From: Lama guanicoe
Taxonomy: Eukaryota
Direction of reading: 5' to 3'
Length of the DNA stretch: 64,000 nucleotides
Assembly: GCA_013239625.1 (NCBI GenBank)
Contig: MU053934.1
Span: 10,765,003-10,829,002 of the forward strand
Shown here: positions 63,701 to 64,000 of the stretch, piece by piece
Numbering within the stretch: the stretch's first letter is position 1
How the letters are laid out: the number at the start of each line of letters is the position of its first letter
Translations under genes and position numbers: made by a program
The notes under the pieces: model-generated
What the model was told of the DNA's origin: nothing
The model's input: the letters and a program-made list of their open reading frames with translations, nothing else
Database searches by the model: none

Positions 63701-64000
63701 CATCTTGCACGATGGCATCTGGACACAAGCTCGCTCTCATGCCCCTACTGGTGGGGGTTTAAACCAGGCCTTGGCGCCAAGCTTGGCTTCACACGAGCAT
63801 CAGCAGCTCCTGCCATTTCCATATTCAGCACACAGAACCACACACACCCTAGAAATTCAGAACTTGTCCACTGGGTACCTGGGTTTACACACATCGATCC
63901 TTGTATTCACTTTAACTGTGAACCTGCACAGTAAAAGCAAGGTCACAAGCTGGTGTTCTGTGCCTTCATGTAAGAGGAACACTCGGGTTTGTGAAGAACC

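Noticed and set aside
63528..63740. 70-aa ORF with a donor-like site
   Set aside because: Largely MIR-derived sequence.
1..64000. Novel multi-gene or prokaryotic-type system
   Set aside because: No operon structure, intact enzyme ORFs, or viral or organellar inserts were recognisable. The content fits a repeat-rich mammalian intergenic or intronic region.

Overview
Mammalian nuclear DNA, most likely camelid (Camelus/Vicugna/Lama), judged from a camelid-type tRNA-derived SINE at ~20.7 kb and matching young L1 3' ends. The window alternates GC/CpG-rich unique sequence with a dense, nested load of transposable elements: old L1M and younger lineage-specific L1, MIR, L2, MaLR MLT1, MLT2, ERV1-type LTRs, and Tigger/hAT DNA transposons. 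I cannot identify any intact protein-coding gene. Nearly all ORFs in the track look like artefacts of GC content or repeats, and the only protein I recognise is L1 ORF2 remnants. I found no evidence of a new multi-gene system. The best-supported unusual structures are traces of retrotransposition and DNA repair: (1) an L1 insertion at ~22.2-22.75 kb with an inverted and partly duplicated target site forming a perfect 49-bp inverted repeat, plus a probable 3' transduction; (2) a 46-bp patch copied from flanking DNA into an L1 at ~35.4 kb, next to a ~219-bp tandem duplication. Weaker candidates are an orphan CpG-island promoter at 51-52.5 kb abutting a solo LTR and a possible decayed large coding exon at 10.3-11.6 kb. 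Repeat subfamily names come from my memory of consensus sequences, and boundaries of old repeats are approximate.
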